A stretch of DNA of 64,000 nt, taken from Acidimicrobiia bacterium (GTDB lineage Bacteria; Actinomycetota; Acidimicrobiia; Acidimicrobiales; CATQHL01). Shown piece after piece: positions 1-8,548 of the stretch. The notes beneath the pieces are model-generated. The model was not told the origin of the DNA, made no database searches, and was given only the letters and a program-made list of their open reading frames with translations. The stretch covers positions 1,494-65,493 of the forward strand of contig VXXM01000068.1 in NCBI GenBank assembly GCA_009835395.1, given 5' to 3'. The position numbers were made by a program, and so were the translations under genes. The first letter of the stretch is position 1, and the number at the start of each line of letters is the position of its first letter.

Positions 1-1
1 G

Positions 2-673
2 ATCGGTGGCAGCAGCGGGCGGGTGGCCGTCGCCACCCAGGAGGACGTGTTCCTCTGGATCCACGGCGACCGCCACGACCTCAATTTCGAGGTGGCGCTG
101 GCGGCCCGGCGAGCCTTCGAGGAGATCGGGGAGCTTGCCCGAGAGACGCCGTCGTGGGTCTACCGGGACAGCCGTGACCTCACGGGGTTCATCGACGGCA
201 CCGAGAACCCGCCGGTGGAGGAGGCCCGCGAGCTGGCGGTGATCGCCGGCGGGCCCGGCGCCGGGGGGAGTTTCGTGCTGGCACAGCGCTGGATCCACGA
301 CCTCGACGGCTTCGCCGCCCTCCCCACCGCCGAGCAGGAACAGATCATCGGCCGCACGAAACCCGACAGCGTGGAGTTGGAGGACCTGCCACCGCACTCA
401 CACCTGGGCCGGGTCGTGCACAGCGACGAGGACGGGGAGGAGATCGAGATCTACCGCCGCTCGGTCCCCTACGGAACCTCCACCGAGGCCGGCCTGTACT
501 TCCTGGCCTTCACCGACGACCTCGCCAAGATCGACCTGATGCTGGAGTCCATGTTCGGGGCCACCGGCGACGGCCGTCACGACCCGCTCGTGACCTTCTC
601 CGAGACGGTCTCCGGCGCCTACTACTACGCGCCCTCCCGGGAGACGCTGCAGGGCCTGGGCCTCGCCGGCTGA
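2..673 (+). CDS. DyP-type peroxidase, C-terminal ~220 aa (5' end lies outside the window)
   Basis: The frame is open from the window edge to the stop at 671-673. It carries the DyP GXXDG motif (TGFIDGTENP) and a C-terminal ...VPYG...GLYFLAF... half. The start listed at 23 is probably internal. Confidence 0.85.
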   Translation: MGGSSGRVAVATQEDVFLWIHGDRHDLNFEVALAARRAFEEIGELARETPSWVYRDSRDLTGFIDGTENPPVEEARELAVIAGGPGAGGSFVLAQRWIHDLDGFAALPTAEQEQIIGRTKPDSVELEDLPPHSHLGRVVHSDEDGEEIEIYRRSVPYGTSTEAGLYFLAFTDDLAKIDLMLESMFGATGDGRHDPLVTFSETVSGAYYYAPSRETLQGLGLAG

Positions 674-709
674 GCGGCCCGGCACCGCCGCGCCCCGGCG
701 GGCGGCCGG

Positions 710-2265
710 TCAGATGCGCCGGGCGCGCCCTTCCCAGTACGGGTCCCGCAGGCGCCGCTTGTAGAGCTTGCCGCTGGGGTCGCGGGGCAGTTCCGCGATG
801 AAGTCCAGCGAGTGCGGCCTGCGCTGCTTCGCCAACCGGCCGTCGAGAAAATCGAGGATGTCCCGGCGGGCCGCCTCGCCCGCCTCAACCCCCGGAGCCG
901 GCTCCACCACAGCTTTGATGCTCTCACCCAGATCCTCGTCGGGGACGCCGAACACGGCGACATCGCCCACCAGCGGGCACTGGTGCAACACGGCCTCGAT
1001 CTCCGCCGGGTAGACGTTGACGCTCTCCACGATGATCATGTCGCGGGCACGGTCGTTGAGGAACAGGTATCCCTCCTCGTTGAAGTATCCCACGTCACCG
1101 ACGGTGAAGAACTCGCCCAGGTAGGCGTCGGCGGTCTTCCGGTCGTCCTTGTGGTACCTGAAGCGAAAACGTTCGGGCATCTTCATGTAGATGGTGCCGC
1201 TGTGGCCGGGTGGCAGTTCGGCGCCCTCGGAATCCACGACGATCACCTCGATCTCGGGCCACGCCCTCCCCACCGTGCCGGGGAATCGCCGCCAGTCCTC
1301 GGGACTGGCGAGCGTGCCGCCGCCCTCGCTCGCGGCGTAGTACTCCCAGATGCAGTCACCCCACCAGTCCAGCATCCGCTGCTTGGTCTCCACCGGGCAG
1401 GGGGCCCCTCCCCTGTATGGGCCACGTGGCGCAGCGAGGACGTGTCGTGGCGCCGCCGCACCTCCTCGGGGAGTTGCAGGAGGCGGTGGAACATCGTCGG
1501 CATCATGTGGGTCTGCGTGACCCGGTGGCGCTCGATGAGCTCGAGCGTCTCGGCAGCGCTCCAGCGGTCCATGAGCACGACTGTGTGGCCGAAGTGCAGC
1601 GACATGTTGACCCACTTGCCAGCGCCGTTGTAGTACATGGGACCGGCGCAGAGGTGCACGTTGCCGTCGTGGGGTTTCACGCCGAACAGCGCCAGCAACA
1701 GCGCCGAGAGCGGGGCCGACTCGTCGGGGTGCCAGTCCGGGAGGGGCCGGCGCACGCCCTTGGGCCTCCCGGTCGTGCCCGAGGTGTAGGCCATCACGCC
1801 CCCGGTGGACAGACCCTCGGGACGGACCGGCGGTTGGCCGGCCGTCAACTCCTCGAGCGGCCGGAACCCTTCGACGGCCCCGACCGAGAAGCGGTGCGGT
1901 ACGGCGGTCCGTTCCACGACGCCGGCCGCCTCGGCGGCGAAGCGCTCGTGGACGATGAGAACTCCGGCGTCGCTGTCGTCGACGATGTGGGCGATCTCGG
2001 GCGCGGCGAGATGCAAGGTGAAGACGGTCGCATACATCCCGCCCTGGTAGGCGGCAAGCCTGGCGGCGATCTGCTCCAGGCTGTTCGGCAGGAGGGCGAC
2101 GACGCAGTCACCGGCGTCGAGTCCGAGCGCACGGAAACCGTGGAGGTACCGGTTGGTGAGATCGGCCAGTTCGCCGAAGCTCGTGTGCCGCCCGTGCGGA
2201 TCCACGACGGCGAGGCGGTGCGGGTACTCGGCGGCAATGCTCCAGAAACCCAGCGGAGCGGTCAT
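710..2265 (-). pseudogene. Acyl-CoA synthetase (AMP-dependent ligase) paralog, disrupted by a frameshift (or a sequencing indel)
   Basis: The N-terminal two-thirds lie in ORF 1243..2265 (YTSGTTGRPKG AMP motif). The C-terminal third lies in ORF 710..1615 in another frame. Both are colinear with the intact paralog at 2374..3924. The frames switch in a G/C homopolymer stretch at 1400-1413. An RBS (GAGGAAG) sits upstream of the ATG at 2265. Confidence 0.8.
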
Positions 2266-2319
2266 GGCACTTCCTCGGGCAGGAGGCGATCCTACCGCGT
2301 CACCGCGTCACCACCGCGG

Positions 2320-2337
2320 GAGATCCTCGAGGATCTC
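2320..2337. promoter_or_regulatory. Perfect 18-bp palindrome GAGATCCTCGAGGATCTC between the two acyl-CoA synthetase paralogs (operator or terminator hairpin)
   Basis: Read directly: GAGATCCTC / GAGGATCTC are exact reverse complements. It lies 37 nt downstream of the stop of 2374..3924 and 55 nt upstream of the start at 2265. Confidence 0.45.
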
Positions 2338-2373
2338 GGCCTCTCCGGCTGAGACGCGGCCGGTACCGGCGAC

Positions 2374-3924
2374 TCAGATCCGCCGGGTATGTCCCTCCCA
2401 GTAGGGATCCCGCAGGCGCCGCTTGTAGAGCTTGCCGCTGGGATCGCGCGGGAGTTGCTCGGCGAAGTCCAGCGAGTGCGGCCGGCGCTGTTTCGCCAGC
2501 CGGCCTCCCAGGAAGTCCAGGATGGCCTGCCGGGTCTCCTCGCTCGGCTCGACGCCCGCCGCCGGCTCCACGACCGCCTTGATCCGCTCGCCGAGATCCT
2601 CGTCGGGGATGCCGAACACGGCCACGTCGCCCACCAACGGGCATTGCTGCATGCTGCCTTCGATCTCTGCGGGGTAGATGTTCACGCCACCCACGATGAT
2701 CACGTCGCGGGCCCGGTCGTTGAGGAACAGGTAGCCCTCCTCGTTGAAGTAGCCCACGTCTCCGACGGTGAAGAACTCGCCCAGGTGGGCATCTGCCGTC
2801 TTGTCCTCATCCTTGTGGTACCTGAAGCGCAGGCGCTCGGGCATCTTCATGTAGACGGTGCCGCTCCGGCCCGGCGGCAGTTCCTGACCCTCGGAGTCCA
2901 CGACGATCACCTCGGTCTCGGGCCACGCCCTCCCCACCGTGCCCGGGAAGCGCCGCCAGTCCTCGGGGCTTGCCAGCGTGCCGCCGCCCTCGGTCGCCCC
3001 GTAGTACTCCCAGACGCAGTCCCCCAGCCAGTCCAACATCTTCCGCTTGGTCTCGGTCGGGCAGGGCGCGGCCGCATGGATCACGTGCCGCAGCGAGGAG
3101 AGGTCATGGCGCCGCTGTACGTCCTCGGGCAGCTGCAGCAGCCGGTGGAACATGGTCGGCACCATGTGGGTCTGCGTGACCCGGTGCCGCTCCACGAGTT
3201 CGAGCATCCCCGCTGCGTCCCAGCGGTCCATGAGCACGACGGTGTGGCCGAAGTGCAGCGACATGGTGACCCACAGCCCGCCGGCGGCGTGGTACATGGG
3301 AGCCACGCAGAGGTGCACGTTGTCCTCGTGGGGTTTCACGCCGAACAGCGCCAGCAGCAGGGCCGAGAGCGGGGCCGACTCGTCGGGATGGCGGTCCCGG
3401 AGGGGCCGGCGCACGCCCTTGGGCCTCCCGGTCGTGCCCGAGGTGTAGGTCATCGTGCCCCCGGTGGACAGGTTCTCGGGACGGTCCGCCGGCTGGCCCG
3501 CCGTCAGCTCCTCGAGCGGCCGGAACCCCTCAACGGCGCCGACCGAGAAGCGGTACGGCACGTTGGTCCGCTCGGCGACGCCCGCCGCCTCGGCGGCGAA
3601 GCGCTCGTGGCTGACCAGCACCCGGGCGTCGCTGTCGTCGACGATGTAGGCGATCTCCGGAGCCGCCAGATGCCAGTTGACCGCGGTGGCGTACATGCCG
3701 CCCTGGTAGGCCGCCAGCAGCAGGGCGACCTGCTCCAGGCCGTTCGGCAGGACCGTGACGACCCCGTCGCCGGTGCCGAGACCCAGGGCGCGGAGCCCGC
3801 GAGTGCACCGGTTGGTCAGCTCCGCCAGCTCGCCGAAGGTGGTCTGCCGGCCCAGCGCCTCCACGACGGCCACGCGCCCCGGATCGTGCTCCGCAATGCT
3901 CCAGAACCCCAGCGGATCCGTCAT
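2374..3924 (-). CDS. Acyl-CoA synthetase / AMP-dependent synthetase-ligase (516 aa)
   Basis: Carries the AMP-binding motif YTSGTTGRPKG plus ...GEFFTVGDVGYFNEEGYLFLNDRARDVII... and ...GKLYKRRLR. The start was moved to the ATG at 3924 (MTDPLGFW...), which is preceded by GGAGGAGG. The 571-aa ORF is over-extended. Confidence 0.9.
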   Translation of the reverse strand: MTDPLGFWSIAEHDPGRVAVVEALGRQTTFGELAELTNRCTRGLRALGLGTGDGVVTVLPNGLEQVALLLAAYQGGMYATAVNWHLAAPEIAYIVDDSDARVLVSHERFAAEAAGVAERTNVPYRFSVGAVEGFRPLEELTAGQPADRPENLSTGGTMTYTSGTTGRPKGVRRPLRDRHPDESAPLSALLLALFGVKPHEDNVHLCVAPMYHAAGGLWVTMSLHFGHTVVLMDRWDAAGMLELVERHRVTQTHMVPTMFHRLLQLPEDVQRRHDLSSLRHVIHAAAPCPTETKRKMLDWLGDCVWEYYGATEGGGTLASPEDWRRFPGTVGRAWPETEVIVVDSEGQELPPGRSGTVYMKMPERLRFRYHKDEDKTADAHLGEFFTVGDVGYFNEEGYLFLNDRARDVIIVGGVNIYPAEIEGSMQQCPLVGDVAVFGIPDEDLGERIKAVVEPAAGVEPSEETRQAILDFLGGRLAKQRRPHSLDFAEQLPRDPSGKLYKRRLRDPYWEGHTRRI

Positions 3925-4092
3925 CACACCTCCTCCGGCAGGCGGCGACCCTACCGCGCCGTCTCGGGGACCGCCGCTGCGCCGCCGGCGTTCCACGGCG
4001 GCCGCACTCGCCGCCCGGCCGTCACGTGGAGGCAGCCTGGCCGAGCCTTCGGGTTGGACAATGCCGGCGACGGTGGTTAAGGTTCGCAACCT

Positions 4093-4311
4093 GTGGAATT
4101 GCTCGTTCCGGTTGCCGCATTTTTGGGCTCGTGCTTGCTGATCGCGCTCCTGGCCTGGTGGTCAGGTGCTTGGCGGTCGCTGTTCAGCGGGGTCAGCGAT
4201 GACGCCGACCCGCGCCACGACCCCGAGTTGTTGCTGCGGTCCGGCAACTCGGACTGGATCGAGAACCACGAGTTCTGGGAGACCTCCGAGATCGAGGAGA
4301 TCGCCCTCTGA
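4093..4311 (+). CDS. Small membrane protein, hypothetical (72 aa)
   Basis: GTG start. One hydrophobic helix (VPVAAFLGSCLLIALLAWW) is followed by an acidic tail. It occupies otherwise empty space between divergent and convergent genes. I recognise no homology. Confidence 0.4.
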   Translation: MELLVPVAAFLGSCLLIALLAWWSGAWRSLFSGVSDDADPRHDPELLLRSGNSDWIENHEFWETSEIEEIAL

Positions 4312-4367
4312 GCAACCCGGTCGTGGTCCGAGCGAGTGCCTCGAGAAGCCGGTTGCGAACTCTCCCC

Positions 4368-4985
4368 TCAGCTGCCGCTGACTGACGCCTCCAGATCCAG
4401 CAGCAGATCCTTGGCCGCGGTGCCGCCCCCGTAGGGTCCGCGACGGCCGTCGGCGCGGACGACCCGGTGGCAGGGCACCACCAGTGCAACCGGGTTGGTC
4501 GCCATGGCCGTGCCGACCGCCCGGGCGGCTCGGGGACTGCCGGCGCTCGCCGCCACGCCTGCGTAGCTGCGTGTCCGCCCGTAGGGAATGGCGGCTGTCA
4601 CCTCCAGCGCCCGGTGGTAGAAACCCGTGCTGTCGCGCCAGTCCACCTCCACGCTGAAGTCCCGCAGCCTGCCGGCGAAGTAGTCGTCGAGCTGCCGGCG
4701 CACGCCGTCCAGGGGCGCGGCGGCCACCGTCACTCGGGGTGACACCGTGGCGGCCATGGTGGCGGCCAACTCCTCGACGTCGCCGTCGGCGCGACCGGCG
4801 ACGCCGGGGGGCAGGAACGTGAGCCGTCGCAGTCCCGCCTCGGTGAGGGCCAGACCCAGGCGGCCCACAGGACTGTCGGTGTCCCACACCCAGACCGCCT
4901 CCGCGCCTGCTGTCCGGACCCCGTTACCTGAATCTGCTCCACCGATTGCTCGACGGGCTGCTCTTCGGTCCGCATCGTCAGTCAT
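4368..4985 (-). CDS. ogt: Methylated-DNA--protein-cysteine methyltransferase
   Basis: Active-site PCHRV motif (...NPVALVVPCHRVVRADG...) with a helix-turn-wing region (IPYGRTRSYAGVA). The start was set at the ATG at 4985 (MTDDADRR...). Confidence 0.9.
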   Translation of the reverse strand: MTDDADRRAARRAIGGADSGNGVRTAGAEAVWVWDTDSPVGRLGLALTEAGLRRLTFLPPGVAGRADGDVEELAATMAATVSPRVTVAAAPLDGVRRQLDDYFAGRLRDFSVEVDWRDSTGFYHRALEVTAAIPYGRTRSYAGVAASAGSPRAARAVGTAMATNPVALVVPCHRVVRADGRRGPYGGGTAAKDLLLDLEASVSGS

Positions 4986-5064
4986 GCGCCGACCATAGCC
5001 GGGCCGCGGTGACGGTCCTGCCGCGTGCGGGGAGCGCAGCGCCGGCAGGCGGCACGCGGCGCGG

Positions 5065-5562
5065 TCAGCCCCGCCGGGAGCCGCGCTGGACGGCGATGTC
5101 GGCAACCCAGCGACCGTCGGTTGCGACCCCGCTGAGGACCTCCGTCGCCGCCATCAGGAACCGCAGCACCTCGGCTGCGCCAACGCCGTCGGGCAGCTCG
5201 AACACGAGCCCTCGCCGGACGTGGTCCTGGCGCACCGTCCATGCCTGCGGCACGTGCACCCCGTTCTCAGCCAGCCGGCGCACCGCGAAGCGGCCGGTCG
5301 GGTGCGAGATGCCGATGGTGGCCCGCACGGTGCTGCGGCCGCGCCGGTGCTGCGGAACCCACGTGGCCTGGGGGATCTCCGGACCGCGCGCCGAGAACAT
5401 CCGCCCCAGCGGGGAGGTGGGCGGCCGGTCCTCGTCCTCCACCCAGGGCAGCAGGTTGAGCCAACCCCTGCCGTCGCCCCGCACGGCCAGGTCCTCCATG
5501 CACGAGAGAATCTCGACGGTGTCCTCGGAAGTGAACATGACACCGGTGTGGTCCACGGCCAT
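5065..5562 (-). CDS. Hypothetical protein (165 aa)
   Basis: ATG start and a non-overlapping fit between ogt and the divergent phosphatase gene. I recognise no motif. Confidence 0.55.
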   Translation of the reverse strand: MAVDHTGVMFTSEDTVEILSCMEDLAVRGDGRGWLNLLPWVEDEDRPPTSPLGRMFSARGPEIPQATWVPQHRRGRSTVRATIGISHPTGRFAVRRLAENGVHVPQAWTVRQDHVRRGLVFELPDGVGAAEVLRFLMAATEVLSGVATDGRWVADIAVQRGSRRG

Positions 5563-5655
5563 GGCGCGATGTTGTCACACGCGACTCCCGCGGCCTGCGT
5601 CACACCGCTGCTGCTCGGACCTGTCGGGGCGGACCGGCCGGTACCGTACGGTCAC

Positions 5656-6279
5656 GTGAAGCTGCTTCTGATCCGTCACGCCCTGCCCGAGCGGGTGGAG
5701 AACGCGGAGGGACCTGCCGATCCGGGCCTCACCGGCGTGGGGCGCGAGCAGGCGCGGCGCCTGGCGGCGTGGCTGGCCGCCGAAGAGATCGATCACGTCG
5801 CAGCCAGCCCCAAGCTCCGGGCGGTCGAGACGGCTGAGCCCCTGGCCATCCAGCGGGGTCTCGAGATCGAGACGGTGCAGGGCTTCGCCGAGATCGACAG
5901 CGGCAGCACCACCTACATCCCCTACGAGCAGATGCGGCGGGAGCGCCACGAGATCTGGCGCCACCTGCGCAGCGGGCGCTGGCAGGAGGCCGGATTCGCC
6001 GATCCGGAGCTCTTCCGCGACGACGTGGCGAAGACTTTCGCGGCCTGGGAGGCCGATCACACCGACCAGACCGTCGCGGTCGTCGCCCACAGCGGGACCA
6101 TCAACGCCCTCGTGAGCCACGTCCTGGGCATCGAGAACGTGTTCTTCTTCAGCTTGGAGTACACGGGCCTGTGCCGGCTGCGGCGCAACCTGCTGGGCGG
6201 CATGCATGTGACGTCGCTGAACGAGACCGCCCACCTGCACGCCGAGCGCGACAGCCTCGGCCCGCTGCCGCCGCCGTGA
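5656..6279 (+). CDS. Histidine phosphatase family protein (phosphoglycerate-mutase-like)
   Basis: Has the N-terminal catalytic RH motif (VKLLLIRHALPE) and a downstream AHSGTI motif. The start was set at the GTG at 5656. The upstream part of the 352-aa ORF overlaps the gene on the opposite strand. Confidence 0.85.
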   Translation: MKLLLIRHALPERVENAEGPADPGLTGVGREQARRLAAWLAAEEIDHVAASPKLRAVETAEPLAIQRGLEIETVQGFAEIDSGSTTYIPYEQMRRERHEIWRHLRSGRWQEAGFADPELFRDDVAKTFAAWEADHTDQTVAVVAHSGTINALVSHVLGIENVFFFSLEYTGLCRLRRNLLGGMHVTSLNETAHLHAERDSLGPLPPP

Positions 6280-8117
6280 GCACCCCGGACCTGCAACCTG
6301 CCCGACCGCTGCGCGTGCTGGCGCTGGCCAAGCAGATTCCGGTGTTCGAGGACATGCGCCTCGGTCCCGACCGCCGGCTCGTGCGCGACGGGCATGTGCT
6401 GCACATGAACGACTACTGCCGGCGCGGCGTCGCCCAGGGCCTGCAGATCGCCCGCGCCAGCGGCGGCACCCTCAGCGTGCTGACCCTGGGGCCACCGTCT
6501 GCGGACACGGTGTGCCGGGAGGCCATCGCCTTCGGCGCCGACGCCGGCTTCCACGTGACCGACCCCGCTTTCGCCGGCTCCGACACCCTGGCCACCGCCC
6601 GGGCGCTGGCCGCCGCGGTGGAACATCTCGGACCCTTCGACCTGATCTTCGCGGGACGGAACAGCGTGGATGCCGACACCGGACAGGTACCACCGCAGCT
6701 CGCCGAGTTGCTGGGGCTGCCTTTCGCCTGCGGGGTTCGCCGGCTGCGGCTCAGCGGGGAGCGGCTGTCGCTGCTCCTCGAGCACAACGACGAGTGGTTG
6801 GACGCCGAGTTGGATCTCCCGGCGGTGCTGTCGTGCGCCGAGCGACTGATCGATCCCTGCAAGATCAAGGATCCCACCGTCTGGGCCGGGGTCGACGGCT
6901 CGCGCATACGGACCATCGACGCAGCCGAGTTGGGGCCCGGGCCGTGGGGCGCCGCCGCCAGCCCCACCTCCGTCGGACCGATCTGGACCCTGACGATCGA
7001 CCGGCGACGCGAGGTGCTGTCCGGCGACCTTGCCGAGGGGGCCGACCGGGCGATCGCGGTATTGGAGGATCGGGGAGCGCTGGCGCCAGCCGGTGCCCCG
7101 GACGTCGCCCGGGGCTCCGGGCTGGTCGTCGAGTTGCCGGCGGCCCAGAGCGGCGGACCCACCGTCGGCGTGCTCGTCGAGCCGGCTCGGGACCGGCACT
7201 CCCGGGAGTTGCTGGGAGCCGCGGCGCGGCTGGCCAACGCCGTCGGCGGCCACGTCGTGGCTCTGGGCCCCGACGCGGGTGTCGAACTCGGCGGCTTCGG
7301 AGCAGACGCGGTCCAGCGGATCAGCGCCGCCGGTGCGGTGCCCGCCGGCGGCCACGGCGGGCTCGCCGAGGAGGATGTCGCCGCCGCGGTCGGCGACTGG
7401 GCCGAAGGCGTGCAACCCTGGGCGATCCTGGCGCCGAGCACGGCCTGGGGCCGCGAAGTGGCGTCACGTGTGGCGGCCCGCCTCGGCGCCGGCCTCACCG
7501 GCGACGCCGTGGGGCTCTCCTGCGAGGATGGTCGGCTGATCGCCGAGAAGCCGGCCTTCGGCGGCTATGTGATCGCGGACATCGCCTGCTCCTCGACGGT
7601 GCAGATGGCGACGGTGCGGGCCGGCGTGCTCGGGCTGCCCGAGCCGCGCCGGACGCCGGAGGTGCCCGTGACCGAGGTCACCGTGACGCCGGGGGGGCGC
7701 TTGCGGGTGCTGGGGCGCAGGCGGGACGACGACGGCGACCTGCTCGCTCACGCCGAGGTCGTGATCGGAATCGGCGTGGGCGTGGACGTCGACGACTACG
7801 ACCGCCTCCGGGCCGACGCCCGCAAGATCGGCGCCGAGTTGTGCGCCACGCGCAAGGTCACCGACGTCGGCGCCATGCCCCGGGCCCGCCAGGTGGGGAT
7901 CACCGGCCACAGCATCTCACCACGGCTGTACATCGCCATCGGCCTGTCGGGGAAGTTCAATCACACCTCGGGCGTGCGCGCCGCGGGCAGCATCGTGGCC
8001 ATCAATCCCGACCCCGAGGCGCTGATCTTCGACTGGTGTGATGTGGGGTTCGTGGCCGACTGGCGCGACGTGTTCGACGAGCTGATCCCGCGCCTGGAGG
8101 CCGCTCTGACGGGCTGA
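6276..8117 (+). CDS. Fused electron transfer flavoprotein, beta-like N-terminal half plus alpha-like C-terminal half (613 aa)
   Basis: The N-terminal half resembles EtfB/FixA (LRVLALAKQIP...DYCRRGVAQGL...AGRNSVDADTGQVPPQLAELLGLP). The C-terminal half resembles EtfA/FixB (...RKVTDVGAMPRARQVGITGHSISPRLYIAIGLSGKFNHTSGVRAAGSIVAINPDPEALIF). The GTG at 6276 overlaps the upstream TGA as GTGA. Confidence 0.85.
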   Translation: MSTPDLQPARPLRVLALAKQIPVFEDMRLGPDRRLVRDGHVLHMNDYCRRGVAQGLQIARASGGTLSVLTLGPPSADTVCREAIAFGADAGFHVTDPAFAGSDTLATARALAAAVEHLGPFDLIFAGRNSVDADTGQVPPQLAELLGLPFACGVRRLRLSGERLSLLLEHNDEWLDAELDLPAVLSCAERLIDPCKIKDPTVWAGVDGSRIRTIDAAELGPGPWGAAASPTSVGPIWTLTIDRRREVLSGDLAEGADRAIAVLEDRGALAPAGAPDVARGSGLVVELPAAQSGGPTVGVLVEPARDRHSRELLGAAARLANAVGGHVVALGPDAGVELGGFGADAVQRISAAGAVPAGGHGGLAEEDVAAAVGDWAEGVQPWAILAPSTAWGREVASRVAARLGAGLTGDAVGLSCEDGRLIAEKPAFGGYVIADIACSSTVQMATVRAGVLGLPEPRRTPEVPVTEVTVTPGGRLRVLGRRRDDDGDLLAHAEVVIGIGVGVDVDDYDRLRADARKIGAELCATRKVTDVGAMPRARQVGITGHSISPRLYIAIGLSGKFNHTSGVRAAGSIVAINPDPEALIFDWCDVGFVADWRDVFDELIPRLEAALTG

Positions 8118-8135
8118 GCGGGGCGTCGGGAGGCT

Positions 8136-8420
8136 TCAGACCTCGTCGCGAAGCTCCTTCGGCATGGCCTTGGCCGCGTATTTCCGCCAGTTGTCCTGCA
8201 GGGCATCGATGAGCTGCTGCACGAACAGCGGCGACATGTGGATCCGCTGGACCACGACGCCGTTGCGGGGCTCGACACCGTCGAAGTTCATGCGCACGAA
8301 GTCCAGCGTGAATTCGTAGGGGCTGTGCGTGACGGCCGCGAAGTTGGCCCAGCAGCCCCCCTCCAACTCCGGCGGCAACCGGATCGGCACCTCGCGCTTC
8401 TTCTCACCCTCCGTTGACAT
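8136..8420 (-). CDS. DUF3467-like small protein (94 aa)
   Basis: Sequence MSTEGEKKREVPIRLPPELEGGCWANFAAVTHSPYEFTLDFVRM.... The ATG at 8420 is preceded by GGAGG. The long upstream extension in the track is a shadow. Confidence 0.7.
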   Translation of the reverse strand: MSTEGEKKREVPIRLPPELEGGCWANFAAVTHSPYEFTLDFVRMNFDGVEPRNGVVVQRIHMSPLFVQQLIDALQDNWRKYAAKAMPKELRDEV

Positions 8421-8548
8421 ATCGACCTCCCGTCCTCGCCGGCCCGGCCGGAACACCCGAGCCGGCCTGCGCAACCAATAGCATCGCAGACCCGGTCGCG
8501 GCCCGTGCCCGCTCGCCGAGCGGCCCCGGGATTCGCCGCCCGAGATGG

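Noticed and set aside
812-4080. Long plus-strand ORFs (812..1633, 1210..2352, 2389..4080, plus the duplicated 81-aa pair 768..1013 / 2432..2677) lie opposite the acyl-CoA synthetase genes.
   Set aside because: They are antisense or alternate-frame shadows of clearly homologous minus-strand genes. Their translations are Arg/Pro/Gly/Ala-rich low-complexity sequence typical of off-frame reading of high-G+C DNA. The duplicated 81-aa pair simply mirrors the tandem duplication.
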